The notes below the pieces were generated by a model. It was not told where the DNA came from. It made no database searches and was given only the letters and a program-made list of their open reading frames with translations. The position numbers and the translations under genes were made by a program. Below, piece after piece: positions 62,241-64,000 of a DNA stretch of 64,000 nucleotides. Position 1 is the stretch's first letter. Each line of letters starts with the position of its first letter. Location: the NCBI RefSeq assembly GCF_016433145.1, contig NC_058130.1, positions 351,504,787 through 351,568,786 of the forward strand, read 5' to 3'. The stretch comes from Gracilinanus agilis. Lineage: Eukaryota.

Positions 62241-62939
62241 GGGGGTTCCGGGTTAAGATGGCGGCAGAGTAAGCAGCAGCTCTTAACCTCTCCTGACTGA
62301 AACACACAAAACTCCTCAAGGGGACATAAAAACAAGTCCAGACGAACGGAGGAACCCTGCAACAGGGAACAGCGTGGAAGGTACGTGGAATCGAGGCATT
62401 TCCATGCTATAAAGGGGTGAAACAGCTCTCACTAAATCGCGGGCTGAGCAACCACCCCACCCCCACCCCCTCCACACACAACACATATAGCGCCAAAGCC
62501 AGCCAAAAAGAAATAGAGCAAGTTTGGGGCACCCATCGAATCATTGGCAGCTCCAGGGCCTGTTCCTGAGAGCAGCAAGATTTAGGACCCCAAAAAGCTA
62601 ATGAACGCACACAAAATTTGAGCGCGGGAGCAGGACGCCCAGAGCGGACGCAGGGCGCAGAGCGCGGGCTCAGAGCGCAGGCACCGGTGGAGGCGTGGGT
62701 GGAGGCAGACACAGCCACGAGCTAAAGCTCTGAAACCCTGAGTGGGGAACCAGTGCAGACAGGCATACGACTGTGGAAGCAGCGCCCTGAGACTTGTAAA
62801 GAAACCTCCGGCAGAGGATCAAGCAAGGGGGTCCACCAGGGGGCTTGACCTTGGAAAAAAACAGACAGACCTCAGGAGCCAATAGACTGCGGACAGACCC
62901 TGAGCTCAGGGATAAACCTGAGAAGCTGCTGGGCTAACG
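62241..62939 (+). promoter_or_regulatory. L1 5'UTR internal promoter (CpG-rich)
   Basis: aagatggcgg (YY1-type motif) near the 5' end; the only CpG-dense segment in the window; short GC-rich tandem motifs (cagagcg/gggcgcag) at 62620-62690. Confidence 0.75.
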
Positions 62940-64000
62940 ATGGCTACCCAGTCTCAGGAAGCTCAGAAGAGAAAGATTAACCACAAGAAAAAGAAGTCTT
63001 TAACACTCGACAACTTTTACACAGAGAAAATCCAGACAACTGAGCAAACAGAGGAGGAGAACAAACAAGCATCCGGACCCTCCTCAAGTAAGGAGAACTC
63101 CTCACAAGCTATGGAAGAGTTCAAAACTGAGATTTTGAGGAAAATGGAAGAGATCTGGCAAGAAAATAACAGTTTAAAAGGTAGAATCTTGCAATTGGAA
63201 AGTGAGGCTCAGAAACCAAATGAACTGATCAGCAAATTGAACAACAGAAATGACCAGATTGAAAAGGAATACCAGAAGATTATAGCCAAAAACCAGAAAA
63301 TTATAGCCTGAAACTGAAAGATTATAGCCGAAAACCAATCCCTAAAGGCTAGAATTGAGCAATTGGAAGTTAATGATCTCTCAAGACAACAAGAACAAAT
63401 AAAACAAAGTCAAAAGACTGAAAAAATAGAAGGAAACATGAAATATCTCAATGAGAGAGTGACAGACCAAGAAAAACGGTCTAGAAGAGACAATTTGAGA
63501 ATAATTGGTCTTCCAGAAAAACCAGAAATTAATAGAAACCTGGACTCCATACTAACAGAAATAATCCAGCAAAATTGCCCTGAAGTCCTACAACAAGAGG
63601 GCAATATAGACATTGAAAGGATTCATAGAACACCTGCTACATTCGATCCAGAAAAGAAAACACCCAGAAATATAATTGCAAAATTCAAGAGTTTCCAAGC
63701 AAAAGAAAGAATCTTACAAGAAGCCAGAAAGAAACAATTCAAATATCAAGGAGCACTAATCAGGATCACACAGGATCTGGCAGCCTCCACGCTAAAAGAT
63801 CGCAAGGCTTGGAATACGATATTCAGAAAGGCAAGAGAGCTGGGCCTGCAACCACGGATCAACTACCCATCAAAATTGACTATATATTTCTAGGGGAAAA
63901 TGGGCATTCAACAAAATTGAAGAATTCCAGGTATTTGCACAGAAAAGACCAGGGCTAAATGGAAAGTTTGATATCCAACCACAAAAATCAAGTGAAAAAT
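62940..64000 (+). pseudogene. L1 ORF1p (coiled coil, RRM, CTD) with in-frame nonsense codons
   Basis: ORFs 62940-63311 and 63363-63893 share one frame. RSRRDNLRIIGLPE, IERIHR and ITQDLAASTL motifs. Stops are TGA 63309-63311, TGA 63315-63317 and TAG 63891-63893. Confidence 0.93.

Larger units (their letters stand above)
62241..64000 (+). mobile_element. 5' end of a young, apparently full-length L1 (5'UTR and ORF1), inserted in the older L1
   Basis: Starts gggggttccgggttaagatggcggcagag, with a CpG-rich UTR and ORF1 from ATG 62940. Runs off the window. Confidence 0.95.

Noticed and set aside
62407-62718. 103-aa antisense ORF in the L1 5'UTR (ORF0-like idea)
   Set aside because: It starts at GTG, GC-rich DNA is poor in stop codons, and there is no similarity to primate ORF0 that I can recognise.
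1-64000. tRNA genes, rRNA, snRNA, CRISPR arrays or prokaryote-type systems
   Set aside because: tRNA-like A/B boxes occur only within SINE heads. No regularly spaced repeat-spacer array or rRNA similarity was seen, and the sequence is mammalian intronic DNA.

Overview
AT-rich, repeat-dense marsupial genomic DNA. The SINE1/L1/Mar/RTE repeat content points to a didelphid, most likely Monodelphis domestica; the species is inferred. The window lies inside the minus-strand CWC27 gene (spliceosomal cyclophilin-like protein). Two coding exons are present: 56935-57044 (110 nt) and 42726-42829 (104 nt). They match the penultimate pair in human (exons 12 and 13 by my recollection of the human structure). 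The canonical last exon was not found and presumably lies below position 1. The rest is intronic: many L1 fragments (including a TSD-bounded twin-primed inversion with a nested L1, and the 5' end of a young L1 at 62241-64000), eight young tRNA-derived SINEs, MIR/Mar/L2/RTE relics, a Charlie-type hAT MITE, two or three solo LTRs and three N gaps. There is also a 4.9-kb decayed class I-like ERV gag-pro-pol segment with no LTRs. No rRNA, tRNA gene, CRISPR array or intact novel protein-coding system is supported. The best leads are the unusual ERV Gag (hydrophobic N-terminus, Asn-rich tail, LTR-less with 7-bp direct repeats), a candidate alternative CWC27 last exon, an intronic inverted repeat near exon 13 and an RFX X-box cluster. 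Repeat boundaries without TSDs are approximate, and family names come from recognition, not from a database search.
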